This document shows positions 38,074 to 49,479 of a DNA stretch of 64,000 nucleotides, piece by piece. The stretch spans positions 64,001 through 128,000 of the IMG/VR virus record IMGVR_UViG_3300037067_013225; one strand, 5' to 3'. The position numbers and the translations under genes were made by a program. Every line of letters starts with the position of its first letter. Position 1 is the stretch's first letter. The notes under the pieces are model-generated. The model did not search any database. It had not been told where the DNA came from and saw nothing but the letters and a program-made list of their open reading frames with translations. This DNA comes from a virus (Duplodnaviria > Caudoviricetes).

Positions 38074-39839
38074 GCGTTAAAAATCTAAAAATCACAAAGT
38101 ATATATCTACATTTACTCAGGAATATATGAGGAACGGAGGTAATAGCTGGTTGTCTGTGGATCAGGATCACTATATCGAATCTTGTGGTCCAAATCGTCA
38201 ACGACTGAAGAAAGTTCGCTCTCTTAATATCAATAGGGGAAGCCTTTATCCAAATTCTCTTAACGACTCGAATATTGTTTTGCAGAATTCCAACGATACA
38301 TATATTACAACCACAGTTCTCGAATCTTCCAGATTAACGAGCAATAATGTTATTATCTCTTTTAGTGCGAGTGCTTATGAGGTATTTAATATCAATGATT
38401 GGTCTAAGGCATGGCTTGATGCATCTTTGGATTATTTTTATACAGATCTACAGCAATACAATGGGGCTATTCCGCTATATGATAAGCCGAGGGATTTCGA
38501 GATCGTTCGAACGAGTCCATATGAAATTGAAGATGTTCTTGATACAGTATTGTTGGTATTTATAGGCTCTGGTTGTATTGAAATACTTACCAGGAAATCG
38601 GAAGATATATATGGTAATCTTGCCCTAGGAGAAGTTTTTCACAGATTTCTCTCAGAAGGATGGGAGTCTAAATATGGCGTAGAGGCTCTAAAACAATACT
38701 ACACGGATATCAATATAGGGGATAATGCGAGAGACTTTATTCAGAGCAACGAAAATAGAAACTCTGCATTGTCTGCTATAGCGCCGGTAGTTTTGGAGAA
38801 TAGCGGATTCGATGTCGGGAATATTTCCAATGCGATATTAGATAATATGAAATTTTACTATTATACTAAACCTTTACAATCGTCATCTCCATATGCATTT
38901 ACAACGATATATTCATTTGATGGTGTATCTGGATCAACATATAGCGAGACGCAATATCAAGAGATATGTACAAAGAATATTGCATCTATCATTAACGACA
39001 GGCAAAACGTTTCACCCACGTTATCTAATATTTTCTTTGAAGTACCTCAAGTTGACGATTTCGATTACCTGTATTTTAAATTTGATTTTTCTACACTTTT
39101 GAACCTCAAGGATTCTAGAAGATCCATTACATCATATATCAACAATAACTATACTGGTGAAAATTTTGACGAAGATATTGCTCTTACCAAGGTAGGTAAC
39201 GTGATATTCGATTCTATCGGTTTACTTGATTTGCGTTATTATGATCAGAAACTTAACAAATGGATGAGTACAAATATTGTAAACGATACATATTACGCAG
39301 ATCTATATACCGGCACTGGCGAATTATATGATCCATTATTAATTGTTCGTTCTTGTGTTGAGGCTGATGGATATACAAGCGCGACTATATCAACAGCACC
39401 GGATAATTACAATCCATTTTACGACTATGAAAATTCCCGACTAACCATTTATAGTAATACGGATGGGAGTTTAGATTACAAAAATGTTATTTTGAAACTA
39501 GCGGTTAAAGACGGATTTAAAACGCTTATCGTACATGATAATATCGCTTGTAATGAAAAAACACGTCTCAATTATGCTATTGTGGCGATAGATCAACAGT
39601 TTGAAATAGAGGATAAATCGGTTTTCATACCCGAAACTTACGGTAAAAAACTCCTATGGTTGGCAGTTCCGCCTATTGTCCAGCATGTTAATGCTAGTGG
39701 TGGTGTAAGTTTGGCGCAATTCAAGATTGTGGATGATGTTTTCGGTCCCTCTGAATTGACTTTGGCTTATGGCGCGCCACTTTACGGGAAGTTCCCCCTG
39801 GATATTTTTAGAACCCTGAAGTCTATGTGGATTGAATGA
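38070..39839 (+). CDS. Hypothetical virion protein
   Basis: 589 aa, coupled within the structural operon. Confidence 0.6.
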   Translation: MSVKNLKITKYISTFTQEYMRNGGNSWLSVDQDHYIESCGPNRQRLKKVRSLNINRGSLYPNSLNDSNIVLQNSNDTYITTTVLESSRLTSNNVIISFSASAYEVFNINDWSKAWLDASLDYFYTDLQQYNGAIPLYDKPRDFEIVRTSPYEIEDVLDTVLLVFIGSGCIEILTRKSEDIYGNLALGEVFHRFLSEGWESKYGVEALKQYYTDINIGDNARDFIQSNENRNSALSAIAPVVLENSGFDVGNISNAILDNMKFYYYTKPLQSSSPYAFTTIYSFDGVSGSTYSETQYQEICTKNIASIINDRQNVSPTLSNIFFEVPQVDDFDYLYFKFDFSTLLNLKDSRRSITSYINNNYTGENFDEDIALTKVGNVIFDSIGLLDLRYYDQKLNKWMSTNIVNDTYYADLYTGTGELYDPLLIVRSCVEADGYTSATISTAPDNYNPFYDYENSRLTIYSNTDGSLDYKNVILKLAVKDGFKTLIVHDNIACNEKTRLNYAIVAIDQQFEIEDKSVFIPETYGKKLLWLAVPPIVQHVNASGGVSLAQFKIVDDVFGPSELTLAYGAPLYGKFPLDIFRTLKSMWIE

Positions 39840-39840
39840 T

Positions 39841-41253
39841 ATGTTTAAAGAATTTAAAGATATCGAAAGCGGAACAAGGTATGTTTTTACCGTAGACGAT
39901 TTTCAAGATTTACAAGATTATTATATCAAGAAGATTATTCGACACACACATACGAATATTCCCGCTAACTACGTTAAAATTGCCGATCAAACCGATTTAA
40001 CCAATCCAGTGGGATTAGATATCCCACTGGATGATGATGTTTTAACATTCCAGGATCACGTCACCATAGATCACAGTCTAAATATCCCATCTGGTAGATT
40101 GTTGGCTCGCGGCTGGACTGTTCCGACCAAAGTTCGGTGTGTCGTGACAACGCCCATACACGATACCACAAGTAATTTGCCATTTCCCACTTATAATATG
40201 TCACCATTTAGTATCGAAAAAGATATAAATGGTCTAAATGACCGTACTATTGTGCCTTCGAATAGGCATAATCCTGCCACATATTCAAATTATCGACATT
40301 ATTTGTGGATCATGCCAATGAATGGTGTTTCTTATATCCATCCGAGTCATAAAGCTATTGTGGAGAACCAAACTTCCGCTATTTTTGCCAAAACTCCACT
40401 ATTTATTCATCCATCTAATACAGATTTTTTGAAAAAGATTAATTCTGCAACGAATACTCCAAATTTTAGAGCCTTGTCGTACATTCCAGACTATGCCGAG
40501 GAGAAAGTTTGGTCACTAACTGAGGATTTCACGTGTTGGATGTCCGGATATAAGAGTATTCTAACAAACAATGATATTTCTTTGTTGTTTAACGATTATT
40601 ATAATGAATTCGCGCAAGTTTTATCAACAATTAACTATGAGGAGCTAAACAGAGAGTATTATTTCAGATTAGAAAAGGCCGCTGGTAATTTAATGCGTTT
40701 GGATTGCAATTATGTATCAGATATTACGCGATTAATGGAGGCCAAGGCTCTAGATACAATGGATATTAGTGCGGGCGGCGGGTTAGCTAGAGATTCTATA
40801 GAAAAGCGTATTTTTTCATGTTCCACAAAGGATTATTGTTACAATGTGGATAGAAAAACGCAACGTCTAAAATCCACGCTCTTGGATTCATGTATGGAGA
40901 AGAATGGAAATAATATCACATTTTTCACTAATGGTTTGGCTAATTTTGCAACTATAAACGATACAATTATTGAAAATGAGATTGCGATACCAAAATATTT
41001 TGATAATGGTTATCGTCAATGTCTAGTTATCAATGGTGAGTACGGCACTTCTAGAAAATCTTTCAAAAAACTACATCGTGGCAGAGTTATGTTGGTATAT
41101 CAGATTATTGATGGATTTATGTCGGTTCCTTACGAAATATACTCCTCCGATACAGTAATTTCCAATCGTTCAGCGTCCACTTCCCTTCAAGGCTCTACTA
41201 CTCAGAGGAATTACATTGATGTTCAGTTAATGGGTGATATCGGACTTGACTAA
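39841..41253 (+). CDS. Hypothetical virion/fibre-like protein
   Basis: N-terminus with Q.LQ....HTH resembles those of 26893 and 47143. Confidence 0.55.
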   Translation: MFKEFKDIESGTRYVFTVDDFQDLQDYYIKKIIRHTHTNIPANYVKIADQTDLTNPVGLDIPLDDDVLTFQDHVTIDHSLNIPSGRLLARGWTVPTKVRCVVTTPIHDTTSNLPFPTYNMSPFSIEKDINGLNDRTIVPSNRHNPATYSNYRHYLWIMPMNGVSYIHPSHKAIVENQTSAIFAKTPLFIHPSNTDFLKKINSATNTPNFRALSYIPDYAEEKVWSLTEDFTCWMSGYKSILTNNDISLLFNDYYNEFAQVLSTINYEELNREYYFRLEKAAGNLMRLDCNYVSDITRLMEAKALDTMDISAGGGLARDSIEKRIFSCSTKDYCYNVDRKTQRLKSTLLDSCMEKNGNNITFFTNGLANFATINDTIIENEIAIPKYFDNGYRQCLVINGEYGTSRKSFKKLHRGRVMLVYQIIDGFMSVPYEIYSSDTVISNRSASTSLQGSTTQRNYIDVQLMGDIGLD

Positions 41254-41626
41254 ATTCAAAACATCCCCATTAGGTCCACGCCCATGTGGGAAACCATGTG
41301 GCCGTGTTACGCCACCATTACTAGAGCCAAAACGTAGAGAATATTTCGATCCGGTATTTCAATTGGAGGAGGATGTTTTAACCGATTGTCCGCCGGAAGA
41401 AGAACTTATGGCTCCCACTAATGTACGTTTTAATGGAGTTAATTCTTTTTCTTGGAGTCCAGTAGATGGTGTTGTCGGTTATGAGATATTTAGAGACAAT
41501 CAGACCGAACCGATAATGTTGCTGGATAAATCTGTAACTAACTTTTCCGATATAGATACAACTACGCCGTACCAATATTGGATTAGATCCGTCTATTATT
41601 CGCGTGTATGGCCGCTGGAGGAATAA
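41234..41626 (+). CDS. Small protein with an FN3-like C-terminal domain
   Basis: APTNV...FSWSPVDGVVGYEIFRD...FSD..TT..YQYWIRSV. Confidence 0.65.
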   Translation: MISDLTKFKTSPLGPRPCGKPCGRVTPPLLEPKRREYFDPVFQLEEDVLTDCPPEEELMAPTNVRFNGVNSFSWSPVDGVVGYEIFRDNQTEPIMLLDKSVTNFSDIDTTTPYQYWIRSVYYSRVWPLEE

Positions 41627-42378
41627 TGGATATTAAACAGGGCGATGATTATGCTGCAAGTTATGCTCAGACTACCGGTGATGCACTTAATGATCGTGAT
41701 ATGTCGTTTTCAAGGACATTGAATAAAAAAAAACGACAATTAAGTGATCCTGTATTAGATTTGGAGGATGCCGATTTATCACCGGAGATTCAGGGGAAGG
41801 TTTGTTGCGATGGAGACGTATTGTTTAGTCCATATCAGGTGCCTGGACTACGCAATCCTAATACACCGCCGATTGCCATACTGGAAGTTGGTAATACAAC
41901 ACCCGTTCAAGTAACTTTTGATCTGGATATGATTTATTATGTGGAATTGCCGTCCGCTCCCGGTTATCAGTGGGGATATTTTTCAGGTACTAATTTTATA
42001 GAATATCCAACAGGCACAATTGTGACCAAGGATGGAAATACCGATTATTTGATAGATTTGGGCATTATGGGCGGATTGCAACCAGTGTTAGTATTGAGCG
42101 CAGAACTAACAACATCTGATTATGGAATTGACAAGATATATTTCCGGTTAAAATATCCACCGCCCGGTGTTATTCCGATTGAAATTAATGGACAACAAAT
42201 GACCAATGTGTTTCAAGATTTCGGTATGCAAACACTATATATCAGATTGCCTCGCGCACTGGGTATAAATGATTATGTTTTTGAAATGCGAGCAGAAAGC
42301 ATGGGACAACTTAGTTCTGTAATCAGTACGGATATTATTAGATATGTTGTTGGTCCATGGAATGGGATTCCATATTAA
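41626..42378 (+). CDS. Hypothetical virion protein with Ig/PKD-like strands
   Basis: TAATG-coupled start; NTPPIAILEV resembles the PKD repeat starts of the next gene. Confidence 0.5.
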   Translation: MDIKQGDDYAASYAQTTGDALNDRDMSFSRTLNKKKRQLSDPVLDLEDADLSPEIQGKVCCDGDVLFSPYQVPGLRNPNTPPIAILEVGNTTPVQVTFDLDMIYYVELPSAPGYQWGYFSGTNFIEYPTGTIVTKDGNTDYLIDLGIMGGLQPVLVLSAELTTSDYGIDKIYFRLKYPPPGVIPIEINGQQMTNVFQDFGMQTLYIRLPRALGINDYVFEMRAESMGQLSSVISTDIIRYVVGPWNGIPY

Positions 42379-45300
42379 TGGCTACACCTAACACGATTAC
42401 GGTTAATCCGCAGCAAAGCGTTCTCTTTAACGGGGCCAAAAGTTACGACAATGATTACGGAGATCGTGTTGTAAAATACGAATATTTAGTCGGCTCTGTC
42501 GCTCAGGGATTATTTAATACACAATGGATAGATCTGATACCAGATCAATGGTATAATAATGGAAATGTTGCCACATGCGAAATTAAATTTATCGCATCTG
42601 GCACTTCATATGTTTCACTTCGCGTGACAGATTTTTATGGCGCAAAATCCATACCCGATACTATAACGGTAAATATATCTGGTGAACCCTGGGTTAATCA
42701 ATCGCCCGTAGCGAATCTAGTTTCGGATATTTATTCTGGATTCGCTCCCCTTATAGTACACTTGGATGCATCTGGTTCCACACCACCAACGGCAGATATT
42801 AGTTATGGCGATTCTATTGACAGATATGAATTCGATAGTGATATGGGCTTTTCATCTAGCGTTACAACATCGCCCACGGCAACCTTTTCATTCCCCGTGC
42901 ATGGTACTTTTCATCCGAGTGTCAAGGTTTATGATTCTTTTGGGTTGACTGATACGACCAGCATTACCATTGAAGTGTATGAGAACCACACACCGGTTGC
43001 GAATTTGGTAGTTTCTCCCAACAATGTGTCAGCGCCGCAAACGGTCACTTTAGACGCTTCAGGCTCTACTCCTCCCGCAATAGACATCCCTTATGGTGAT
43101 TATATTGCGAGGTATGAGTTTGATGTTGATGGATCGGGTTATGTTGATTATGGGATCACAAATATCATTACGCATTATTATGATATCTCAAACATTTATC
43201 ATCCGAAAGTTCGTGTTACAGATTCTATGGGCTTGACGGATGAATTTACCGCTACATTGAATTTATATCCCGCTAATATAGCTCCCAATGCGGTGATAAC
43301 AACCATACCAGCGCCACCAACAGGTACAAGTCCGTTAGAAATCGTATTCGATGCCTCCAGCAGTAATGATACTGATGGAACAATAGTTAAATATGAGATG
43401 GATTTTGACGATGGTGCGGGTTATAGGGATTTCGGCTCCAATGATGGTTCTGATGGTAGTATCCGTCATACTTATATAAATCCATCTGGGCCAATTTCTA
43501 TCACATATACGGCTGTTTTGCGTGTTACGGACAATGGCGGTTTAACTGATACTGCAAGCGTGATGATTGTTGTTGCGCCGGTAGTCAATACTCCCCCTTC
43601 GGCGATCTTGACATCCGATGTTTCATCCGGTTTGGTACCACTAACGGTAACATTTGATGGTTCAAAAAGTTATGATACTGACGGATATATTGTTTCATAT
43701 CAGTGGGATTATGAGAATACTGGTGTTTTCGGTTTACCTACTGATTCTATTACATCTTATACATATAATGCCGCAGGAACATACTTTGCATTGTTAAAGG
43801 TTACTGATGATGATGGAGCCACAAGCGTAGCTTTGCTTACAATTACTGTTAATACTGATACTAATTTGTCACCTGTGGCAGATTTGCATATTTCACCATC
43901 ACAATCCAGTGCAGTAGTTCCATTTGCTGCACAATTAGATGCGGGTTCTGGTCCTTGGGGTGTCGGCTCATATGATCCTGATGGTACGATAGCAAAATAT
44001 GAGTTTCAGACTGGTGATGAGGGGGATATATGGCATGATCAGGGTACAACACCCATTTATCCTTATACTTATTTAAATGCGGGTATTTTTACAGCCAAAG
44101 TGCGTGTCACGGATAATGATGGTGCTCAATCGATAGCCTCTGTAAGTGTTCAGGTTGGTATTAGAAGCGTTGCAGGTACTTTTTTGGCGACGAAAACAGA
44201 GCTTTCCGGGGCTGAATATCACTATGTAGTTAACCAGGATCTAGATATTTTACTCGGTCCCAATTCGGATTCGGGGAATCCAGTAAAATTTCACGAAATT
44301 ACCAGTTCTGGATATTGGAAAATTATAACGTTAAATAATATCGCATCCCTAAGATATACCTCAAATTTTAATAATTATCAAACGATTCCATTAAATTTTA
44401 TCAATAATGGTGCTCGATATACACCAAATTCTGGAATTATTATCGGCAGCGCCACTTATATGTTCGTTTTGCTATCTGTACCGGGATTTTCTGGTAAAAC
44501 TTTTATTACGATCCCTGGTGGCTGGTCTAAATCAATTTGGGAAGTTTTGAACGTTAACAAACAGTCCGGATACGAATTTATGTTCCCTCGTAAACATGGA
44601 AATAGAATATATCTGACATGCAAAATTAAGGCTGGGGATTTATCTAGCGGATTTAGTGGATCTGATACATACAAGATAGTTGCATTTTTGGATACAGGTT
44701 TATCCAATACCTCTGTTCCCATGACCATAGATTGCACTCTTAAATGGCCTTACAAAAGCCTGAGTCCGTTTTGGAAGATGCCTGTAGGTGGGCAGCGTGT
44801 TAGAGCGACAGATGCATTGGGTAATTTTTATACCAATAGCGATATAATGTATTCTGATTGGTCAGAATCTTATCATAATAGTAACATGACTATTTGTTAC
44901 GATACCGATGGTGCTTATAAGTGGCATTTTGATTTGGCACAATATTATTATGATTATTATGCAGCATTAGGTATACCGGATGGTGAAAATCCCATAAATC
45001 ACTACTACAATGGGGTTGCCGATGTATATAGCTTTAGAAAGGAAGATAGGCGCATACACGACAGAAATATCTCCAATATAAGAATCACTGCATCGGGAGA
45101 CATATTAGTTTATGGGATATCTTGGTGCAGTTCGTTTGATGTTAATGAGGTAAATTCTATTTATGGACCATACAAATTAGTAACTTATTGTTTGAATCCA
45201 GACGGTACCCTTAAGTGGATTTCTGAGCATGCATCATTCTACAGATATGATCCCAGTGCATATCCTGACGTTAATGCCTCAAAAAGAACCGGTGCATGGG

Positions 45301-45728
45301 GATTTATGACATCCATGGATATTAGTGGGACTGGAATATATAGTGAAGTTTTCATAATGGCCTATAGCGTTAGACCATACGCCAATAGTACGGAATATTA
45401 CAACTATGTCATCTGTATCGATCCTAGCAATGGAAATATCATATGGAATCGAGAATATACACGGAATAGAGGATATAGCAATTATTATTTTAGTGGTTTT
45501 AACCTATATTACAATAATGATATTCCATTTCTCCTAGACAATCAGAATATAACGGGATTTTTTAATTTAAGGTCCGAAGATGGAACTAATCAATACTTCA
45601 TAGGGTTAGATCCGAATAGTGGATTGGAAGGCAGTATCATTAATATTGGCGCAAACGATTTTCCTATTCCTTATTATGCACAATATTATAACACATCTCT
45701 TACGCCATTCGAAGATGGGTATTTATGA
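42378..45728 (+). CDS. PKD-repeat surface/adhesin-like virion protein
   Basis: Six PKD-like repeats (N.sP.A.l...lDAS.S.D.DG.I..YE.D...VTD..G) followed by a propeller-like C-terminal region. Confidence 0.85.
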   Translation: MATPNTITVNPQQSVLFNGAKSYDNDYGDRVVKYEYLVGSVAQGLFNTQWIDLIPDQWYNNGNVATCEIKFIASGTSYVSLRVTDFYGAKSIPDTITVNISGEPWVNQSPVANLVSDIYSGFAPLIVHLDASGSTPPTADISYGDSIDRYEFDSDMGFSSSVTTSPTATFSFPVHGTFHPSVKVYDSFGLTDTTSITIEVYENHTPVANLVVSPNNVSAPQTVTLDASGSTPPAIDIPYGDYIARYEFDVDGSGYVDYGITNIITHYYDISNIYHPKVRVTDSMGLTDEFTATLNLYPANIAPNAVITTIPAPPTGTSPLEIVFDASSSNDTDGTIVKYEMDFDDGAGYRDFGSNDGSDGSIRHTYINPSGPISITYTAVLRVTDNGGLTDTASVMIVVAPVVNTPPSAILTSDVSSGLVPLTVTFDGSKSYDTDGYIVSYQWDYENTGVFGLPTDSITSYTYNAAGTYFALLKVTDDDGATSVALLTITVNTDTNLSPVADLHISPSQSSAVVPFAAQLDAGSGPWGVGSYDPDGTIAKYEFQTGDEGDIWHDQGTTPIYPYTYLNAGIFTAKVRVTDNDGAQSIASVSVQVGIRSVAGTFLATKTELSGAEYHYVVNQDLDILLGPNSDSGNPVKFHEITSSGYWKIITLNNIASLRYTSNFNNYQTIPLNFINNGARYTPNSGIIIGSATYMFVLLSVPGFSGKTFITIPGGWSKSIWEVLNVNKQSGYEFMFPRKHGNRIYLTCKIKAGDLSSGFSGSDTYKIVAFLDTGLSNTSVPMTIDCTLKWPYKSLSPFWKMPVGGQRVRATDALGNFYTNSDIMYSDWSESYHNSNMTICYDTDGAYKWHFDLAQYYYDYYAALGIPDGENPINHYYNGVADVYSFRKEDRRIHDRNISNIRITASGDILVYGISWCSSFDVNEVNSIYGPYKLVTYCLNPDGTLKWISEHASFYRYDPSAYPDVNASKRTGAWGFMTSMDISGTGIYSEVFIMAYSVRPYANSTEYYNYVICIDPSNGNIIWNREYTRNRGYSNYYFSGFNLYYNNDIPFLLDNQNITGFFNLRSEDGTNQYFIGLDPNSGLEGSIINIGANDFPIPYYAQYYNTSLTPFEDGYL

Positions 45729-47146
45729 GCCAAGTTATAGTTCCGGAAAACTGTCCCTGCCCCAAACGAGTCAAGTTTAGTAATTTTGTTGCACCTAGTG
45801 GAGTTGTTAGTCCATGCGATGAAAAAATATATGTATGCGTGTATCATTATGTTAGGGACATCGATAATACGGCTAATTTTTATGCACAGGTCTTATACGC
45901 TATATGCGCAGATGGTAGTTTGGCGTGGAAGCGTATTTATACTTCGACAAATTGGCAAAACGACGATGGTTCAACCTATTACGTAGTAGAGCCTGACAGT
46001 ATGACTTCGTATAATGATGTGGGTATTTTTACGACCGGGAATAGTTCTCATATTTATTTGGCCGAAGATCATATTATCGGTGGTGAGGCGACGGTAAGTA
46101 ATGGCTATTTCAGATACCAACAAGCTCTACCTATGGGTAATTTTGGTTCATTGTTCTACAACAATACATTAGACATCAATAAACGATTAATTTGTATTGG
46201 CCCATACACGACTGACAATCAAGATAATATTATTATTGGAGCGACGGAAGGCGATGACAGAATACAGACCTTGTTGGGTTGTGAGTTGGGAGGAGTTTAT
46301 TCTTTTAGGAAAAATTTATCTATTAATTTTACGGCATTGCCCTTATCTTGGTGTGAATCATGGAGTTCCGGCCCTGTAACGGATAACACGCAAATATATA
46401 TCGGTTCTGATGGGATTTCAGTAATACCATCTGGCGTATTTACTTATGGTATTCTAAAAGGACGGCTTCTGGCATTCGGGCAAGGTGGTAATTTAATTTG
46501 GAGTAAAGATATTAATGATTGCGCGGAAACAGATGTGTATCCGGCAGTTAGAGGATTACGGACATATCCTGTTTGGTCTTCTCCAGTGATAGATGCAAAT
46601 AATAATATTTATATTGCTGGACGAAATAAATTATATGCATACACCCCAACAGGTAGTTTATTGTGGGATTATACCATCGGTGAAAATAGCTTATGGGCGG
46701 CTACAGATACAGCGTCAATTGATGATAACGGCATCATATATATCGGGGGCGCTACTACAAATGTCTATGCAGCATCGGATAGTTCTCTTTTATTTAACGA
46801 ATTCTCTCCTTCAAAATTCACAGCCCTCACCCCGCAAGGCTCTACTAAATGGGTCTATGACGCTCAATCCGGTATATTCGGTTCTGGTATAGGGTCTGAT
46901 GGTTCGATATATGTGCAGGAATTTGGTGGTGATTACAACAACCCAGCCAAACTACTTAAACTCAATCCTGATGATGGTAAAGTAATATGGGAATATGTAT
47001 TTGATGTATTTTTCCAGGATTATTCAGATATTTGGCAAAGCCTATACTTGCCTAGAGAAAAAAGCTCCATCATGAGTAATGCGGTGGCAATAGAGGGTGG
47101 TCAGTGGTATTTTACCAAGGATCATTGCAGAAGGACTAAACTATGA
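45725..47146 (+). CDS. PQQ/BamB-like beta-propeller protein
   Basis: Repeated SSP.ID..G.IYIG...LYA...G..LW.Y blades. Confidence 0.75.
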   Translation: MSQVIVPENCPCPKRVKFSNFVAPSGVVSPCDEKIYVCVYHYVRDIDNTANFYAQVLYAICADGSLAWKRIYTSTNWQNDDGSTYYVVEPDSMTSYNDVGIFTTGNSSHIYLAEDHIIGGEATVSNGYFRYQQALPMGNFGSLFYNNTLDINKRLICIGPYTTDNQDNIIIGATEGDDRIQTLLGCELGGVYSFRKNLSINFTALPLSWCESWSSGPVTDNTQIYIGSDGISVIPSGVFTYGILKGRLLAFGQGGNLIWSKDINDCAETDVYPAVRGLRTYPVWSSPVIDANNNIYIAGRNKLYAYTPTGSLLWDYTIGENSLWAATDTASIDDNGIIYIGGATTNVYAASDSSLLFNEFSPSKFTALTPQGSTKWVYDAQSGIFGSGIGSDGSIYVQEFGGDYNNPAKLLKLNPDDGKVIWEYVFDVFFQDYSDIWQSLYLPREKSSIMSNAVAIEGGQWYFTKDHCRRTKL

Positions 47147-48702
47147 GTATACCTAATAAGCAGATATTTGTAACTGGCGATTCGGTAACAAATACCAGCT
47201 TGAACACGTTTCAGGATAACTTTACATCGTGGATTGCGAATCATCATCACGTTAATTCTAAGATTCCCGTTCTGACCATCACATCAGATACTAGATTGGA
47301 TGAAATTATCTCTGATAATGATTTTTTATATAATTTCACAAATAGGATTATAAATAGCGCATTAGATATCGAGGATTATGATCCGGATTATATCGTTCTA
47401 AATCTGGTCAGTCTGAGTGAACTTTATAATAAATCTATTTTACTTGGTAAAGAAAATACTGTTATTAAGAATCTCATTTATAGCTATTCGTCATCGTATA
47501 AAATCGATACAGATGGGAATTATAACTTTATTTTCAAGAATCCCACATTATCTGCCGATGTATCAAATAATATTCTCATTACCGTTCCAGCTATTACTGG
47601 AACGGGTGGATTTACTTTTGAATCAGCATATTATTATCAGAAAGCTCAAACGATACAAATAAACAAAAATATTATCTCAGATTTCGCATACAATGCGACA
47701 ACTAAGGTTCTCACATTAGATATAGAATTGTTGGAGAATGTTTTTACAGGTATTCCATCGTTACCAATATCCGCGCACTCTATTGTCGATGCGGCAAATG
47801 TGAGTGCGGCAACACATATTGCGGATACATCAAAACATTACTCTACATTCGCTACCGAGGCGGGTTTGATGGAAACCGCCAAACAATATAAGTTCGCTTG
47901 TCCGAATTGGTCAATAGAGCATCCCCTGTATACTGACGGTAAATATTTAGTATCTTCCAACGATATGACATTGGCATTGAACATTATTAAAAACGAAACA
48001 AATAGCAATCTAGCTACACAGCGACGAACGGAAGATAACCCTCTAGATGCAATGTTCAGGGGCAATTCTCAGAAATTATCTTGGTTGAAAACTGAGTATT
48101 ATTCTACCGAAACTCGTCGCGATGCATCCATTTTGTCTGGCGAAATTGACGACGCATATAACTATGAATTAACTGCCAGTGAGACATTTCACGCGGCTCA
48201 ATCATTTAAAGTTACTGATTTAATACCGCGCAAACAGGTTACTGGATCTGCCTCAACATATTATAATAAATTTAGTTCTGAGGATCGTGTTAGTCGTGTT
48301 ATTAGAAACAGTAATACTACGGTTCAGGAAGGAAATTCTCTACATCAGTTGCCGGTAACGTTTAGATTGGCACCGAATACGCATGTCAAATCGTACTTTT
48401 ATACGTTTTATTACGGAAAATTGGCGCGCGATCTGGGCGAATCATACTTGGGCAATTATCGCGGCTCTAGTTTATATTATTCTCACCGTACAGCATTTGA
48501 ATACAATATTTCCAAAAATCTATATCTGGAAAAAATTATACTTTTGGGTTCACCATACGAACCATTTAATTATGGCGCAGAACACATTTATACGAAGAAA
48601 ATTAAAAAGGATTTTTCCAATCCAAATGCATCGTTTGAAGGTTACTATATTGATGAGGAGAATCTTGCGCAAATTAAACAATATGAGACGAGGTATGTTT
48701 GA
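47143..48702 (+). CDS. Hypothetical virion/fibre-like protein
   Basis: FVTGDSVT..SLN.FQ....NHHH N-terminus; HIADTSKH motif. Confidence 0.55.
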   Translation: MSIPNKQIFVTGDSVTNTSLNTFQDNFTSWIANHHHVNSKIPVLTITSDTRLDEIISDNDFLYNFTNRIINSALDIEDYDPDYIVLNLVSLSELYNKSILLGKENTVIKNLIYSYSSSYKIDTDGNYNFIFKNPTLSADVSNNILITVPAITGTGGFTFESAYYYQKAQTIQINKNIISDFAYNATTKVLTLDIELLENVFTGIPSLPISAHSIVDAANVSAATHIADTSKHYSTFATEAGLMETAKQYKFACPNWSIEHPLYTDGKYLVSSNDMTLALNIIKNETNSNLATQRRTEDNPLDAMFRGNSQKLSWLKTEYYSTETRRDASILSGEIDDAYNYELTASETFHAAQSFKVTDLIPRKQVTGSASTYYNKFSSEDRVSRVIRNSNTTVQEGNSLHQLPVTFRLAPNTHVKSYFYTFYYGKLARDLGESYLGNYRGSSLYYSHRTAFEYNISKNLYLEKIILLGSPYEPFNYGAEHIYTKKIKKDFSNPNASFEGYYIDEENLAQIKQYETRYV

Positions 48703-49478
48703 TGCTTAAACTGGTTAGAGATCTGAATGGGCCAGACGCAGATATCACGGATGTAGCGCTAAAAGCAGCAGACGGCTCTACTAATATTACTGATTTTCGT
48801 GAAACAGGATTGTTACTAATAGATGAGACTATGTGCGATTTTTTTAGATTAGCATTTTCCGATCAAAAACGCCTAGAAGATCATATTCATATCGGAGAAC
48901 CACGAGTAAATTTTGATGTTCCATCCATCTATGTGCGTGTACCTACAGTTCAGTACCGATCTTTTATCGGTAATAAAATGGGGCATAATTTAAAGAAGGA
49001 TAATGCTCTAGTATTGACGGAGCAATATGATCGAGACGGTAACGTTATCGGGCGTACCAGTAATATTGCGCAAAAAGACGCACCAGTGCAATATTTGGGT
49101 CATTTGGCCGTGGCGAATGCGACAATCCAATGTTATTCGGATAATTTCGATGTAATGAGAAATCTGGGTCACACCGTTTATAGTTTATTGATGCACAATT
49201 GTGAATATTACTTAAATGCCAGATCATCCGACTATAATGATACAATTAAAGAGAATCAGAATCCCGAATTCGGTGGTTTTTATCTAACGGGGCATCGAGA
49301 AAATTTTCACGACCAGATAGCGGGTGTAAAAAATGTCTATTCGATCTCTTTTGGATGTGTTATAAACTATATCATTCGCGTTCCAAGGTATTTTACATAT
49401 ATTACAGGCATCGATGTGACTGAGACTGTAGAGACACAAGATGGTGAATTTATAAAAACGATCCAAACAACCATTTAA
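48702..49478 (+). CDS. Probable tail terminator / completion protein
   Basis: Directly upstream of the sheath; size and PSIYV pattern are plausible. Confidence 0.45.
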   Translation: MLKLVRDLNGPDADITDVALKAADGSTNITDFRETGLLLIDETMCDFFRLAFSDQKRLEDHIHIGEPRVNFDVPSIYVRVPTVQYRSFIGNKMGHNLKKDNALVLTEQYDRDGNVIGRTSNIAQKDAPVQYLGHLAVANATIQCYSDNFDVMRNLGHTVYSLLMHNCEYYLNARSSDYNDTIKENQNPEFGGFYLTGHRENFHDQIAGVKNVYSISFGCVINYIIRVPRYFTYITGIDVTETVETQDGEFIKTIQTTI

Positions 49479-49479
49479 C

